Source: Oscillospiraceae bacterium
GTDB lineage: Bacteria > Bacillota > Clostridia > Oscillospirales > SIG627
Length of the DNA stretch: 64,000 nucleotides
Reading direction: 5' to 3'
NCBI GenBank assembly: GCA_015063985.1
Contig: SVTC01000002.1
Span: 67,475-131,474 of the forward strand
Shown in pieces: positions 61,902 to 64,000 of this stretch. Made by a program: the position numbers and the translations under genes. Numbering within the stretch: position 1 is the first letter of the stretch; each line of letters starts with the position of its first letter. The notes beneath the pieces were generated by a model. The model worked only from the letters and a program-made list of their open reading frames with translations. It had not been told where the DNA came from and did not search any database.

Positions 61902-62125
61902 TTGCTGAGCTCCTCTACGTAGTTGCAAAGATCGGTTACGGTAACCAGTGCCATAAGCCTATCCTCGTCCATTTCAATGTCAAAGTTCTCTTCGATTGCC
62001 ATAATAGCATTGATAAAGCTGATAGAGTCTACACCCAGATCGGAGCTGATCTTTGTTTCGGGGGTGATGAGGTCGGCGTCTACTCCTACCTCTTCCACAA
62101 GAATGGTTTTGATTTTTTCAAACAT
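61898..62125 (-). CDS. Acyl carrier protein
   Basis: 75 aa, acidic, DLGVDSI phosphopantetheine site. Confidence 0.9.
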   Translation of the reverse strand: MFEKIKTILVEEVGVDADLITPETKISSDLGVDSISFINAIMAIEENFDIEMDEDRLMALVTVTDLCNYVEELSK

Positions 62126-62143
62126 AATTTATCTCCTTTATAA

Positions 62144-63859
62144 TTAGATGCTGTCCTTCTTGAGCTTCTTGAGCTCCTCTTCCTCCAGCTGGCGGTATGC
62201 CACCTTACCCACAAGGGTCTTGGGGAGCTGATCGCGGAATTCTATATCGTAGGGAATGGCATATTTTGCGATGTGCTTCTTGCAGTATTCCTTGAGCTGA
62301 AGCTTAAGTTCGTCGGAGGGGGTGACTCCGGGCTTGAGCATAATGAACGCCTTTATCTTCTGGATCTTAATAGGATCGGGAACGCCGATGATGCAGCTCA
62401 TCTGTACAAGCTCGTGGGCATCCAGGATATTTTCAAGCTGAGAGGGATAAACGTTGTAGCCGCTGGTGATTATCATCCTCTTTATTCTCTGCTTGAAGTA
62501 AACAAAGCCCTCGTCGTCCATAGTGCCCAGGTCTCCGGTGTGTACCCAGGTTCTGCCGTCCTCGTGGATCCTCAAGGTATCTGCGGTCTCCTGCGGATGC
62601 TTTAAGTATCCCATCATAACGGTGGGGCCGGAAAGACAGATCTCGCCATCCTCGCCGTATGGAACCTCCTCGGTGGTACCTACCTTGACTATCTTATAAT
62701 AGGTATCGGGGAAGGGCTGGCCTATACTGCCCTCCTTTGCAAGGTGCAGAGGAGTAAGACAGCTTGCGGTAACACATTCGGTGGTGCCGTAGCCCTCGCG
62801 GACCTTTACGGTGGCGTTGTGGCTCTCCAGGAATTTATCAAGACGCTTCTTAAGCTCCACGGAGAGACTGTCTCCACCGGAGAAAACGCCCTTAAGGCAG
62901 CTCAGATCGCCTTCCTCCATGGTCTTTTGTCTGAGAAGTGCCTCAAAGAGAGTGGGAACGCCTGCCATAAAGTTGCAGCGCTCCTTCAAGAGAAGCTTTG
63001 CATAGCTTTCGGGGGTGAAACGGGGAACGAGAATGCATCTGCCTCCGTTTGCGATCATAGAGTGGATGCTGACACCCAGTCCGAAGCCGTGGAAAATGGG
63101 CATAGCCGCCAGCATTTTATCGCCGGGAGCGAAAATGGGGTTGGTTGCGACGATCTGCCTTGCCAATGCATTGAAGTTGCGGTTGGAGAGCATGATTCCC
63201 TTGGTGGTGCCGGTGGTTCCGCCGCTGTAAAGGATGACGGCAAGCTGATCTGCGTTGCGCTTTACCTTGTAGTCGGCGACGTCCTTTCCGGACTTCATAA
63301 AGTCGCGCCACATAATAACGGGAGCATCCTTGGGAAGCTTTTTGATCTTTCTGCCCTCGGTGAGTATGTAACCGGTCTTCAGAGGCTGAGGCAGATAGTC
63401 CTTAATAGAGGTTATTATGAGCTTATCCAGCTTCACGTTGGAGCGGATAGCCTCAAATTTTGAATAGAACTGATCCAGGGTGATCGCCATAACGCTTTCG
63501 GACTCGTTGAGATAGAACTCTATCTCCTTTTCGCCGGAGAGGGGGTGGATCATATTTGCCACCGCACCAACCACGTTGATGGCATAAAACATTATAAGAG
63601 CCTGAGGGCAATTGGGCATACAGACCGTAACGCAGTCGTTTTCCTTGACACCTTGTGACTTAAGTGCCTTTGCGCACTGATTTACCTCGCGGTCAAAGCG
63701 GATGTACGTGGAGCTTCCGCCCATAAAGTCGTATGCGATATAGTCCGGATATTTTTCAACGATCTTCTCGACCGCCTCGTACATTGAGCCTTCGGGGTAT
63801 TCGAGATTGAATTTTACCTCGCCGTAGTTTTTAAGCCAAGGTGCTTTTACTTCTGACAT
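62144..63859 (-). CDS. AMP-dependent acyl-CoA ligase
   Basis: YSGGTTGTTKG, EGYGTTE, HTGDLG, LPKTLVGK. AAGGAG before ATG 63859. Confidence 0.9.
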   Translation of the reverse strand: MSEVKAPWLKNYGEVKFNLEYPEGSMYEAVEKIVEKYPDYIAYDFMGGSSTYIRFDREVNQCAKALKSQGVKENDCVTVCMPNCPQALIMFYAINVVGAVANMIHPLSGEKEIEFYLNESESVMAITLDQFYSKFEAIRSNVKLDKLIITSIKDYLPQPLKTGYILTEGRKIKKLPKDAPVIMWRDFMKSGKDVADYKVKRNADQLAVILYSGGTTGTTKGIMLSNRNFNALARQIVATNPIFAPGDKMLAAMPIFHGFGLGVSIHSMIANGGRCILVPRFTPESYAKLLLKERCNFMAGVPTLFEALLRQKTMEEGDLSCLKGVFSGGDSLSVELKKRLDKFLESHNATVKVREGYGTTECVTASCLTPLHLAKEGSIGQPFPDTYYKIVKVGTTEEVPYGEDGEICLSGPTVMMGYLKHPQETADTLRIHEDGRTWVHTGDLGTMDDEGFVYFKQRIKRMIITSGYNVYPSQLENILDAHELVQMSCIIGVPDPIKIQKIKAFIMLKPGVTPSDELKLQLKEYCKKHIAKYAIPYDIEFRDQLPKTLVGKVAYRQLEEEELKKLKKDSI

Positions 63860-63872
63860 AAGGTTCTCCTTT

Positions 63873-64000
63873 TCAGACAAGATCTTTTATACTGTCGTCC
63901 ACGTGCATAATAGGTTGGTCCAGCAGACTTGGATCGGCAAGCAAGGCCTTAAGAAGTCTGACGCTTTTTGAATAGTAATAGCCGTCGGCTATTCTTTCGT
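63873..64000 (-). CDS. 3' end of a 2-oxoacid dehydrogenase E2/CAT-like acyltransferase (partial)
   Basis: Translates xERIADGYYYSKSVRLLKALLADPSLLDQPIMHVDDSIKDLV*, resembling the DHRxxDG...L..P C-terminus; not in the ORF track. Confidence 0.55.
   Translation of the reverse strand, partial: ERIADGYYYSKSVRLLKALLADPSLLDQPIMHVDDSIKDLV

Overview
Chromosomal origin region of a low-GC Gram-positive anaerobe (Clostridia, inferred from gene content, including a SleC-like spore cortex hydrolase). The core is dnaA-[oriC]-dnaN-recF-remB-gyrB-gyrA. It is flanked by housekeeping blocks: dxs-tlyA-nadK-argR-recN; nagA-nagB; iscS-thiI-pth-mfd; PPTase-rimI-tsaD-uvrA; rsmI; rarA-glyA-ogg; ftsK; and an acyl-CoA ligase/ACP cluster. 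I saw no rRNA, tRNA, CRISPR array or transposase gene. Most notable: (1) two transposase-less single-gene cassettes (40297-41825 and 48996-50331) with related imperfect terminal inverted repeats and 4-bp duplications, each inserted exactly in the loop of a bidirectional terminator and carrying its own promoter and terminators. One also carries a candidate rod-shaped ncRNA. (2) An AT-rich covarying hairpin repeat family that always lies at a gene 3' end in sense orientation (6 loci). One locus is a 6 x 95-bp tandem array and another supplies a gene's stop codon. (3) An orphan Cap15-like 2TM/beta-barrel protein fused to a TerB-like domain. (4) An oriC using TTTTCCAC-type boxes, matched by a divergent DnaA recognition helix, plus two satellite box clusters and a rearranged dnaA neighbourhood. 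All calls are by eye; no database searches were run.
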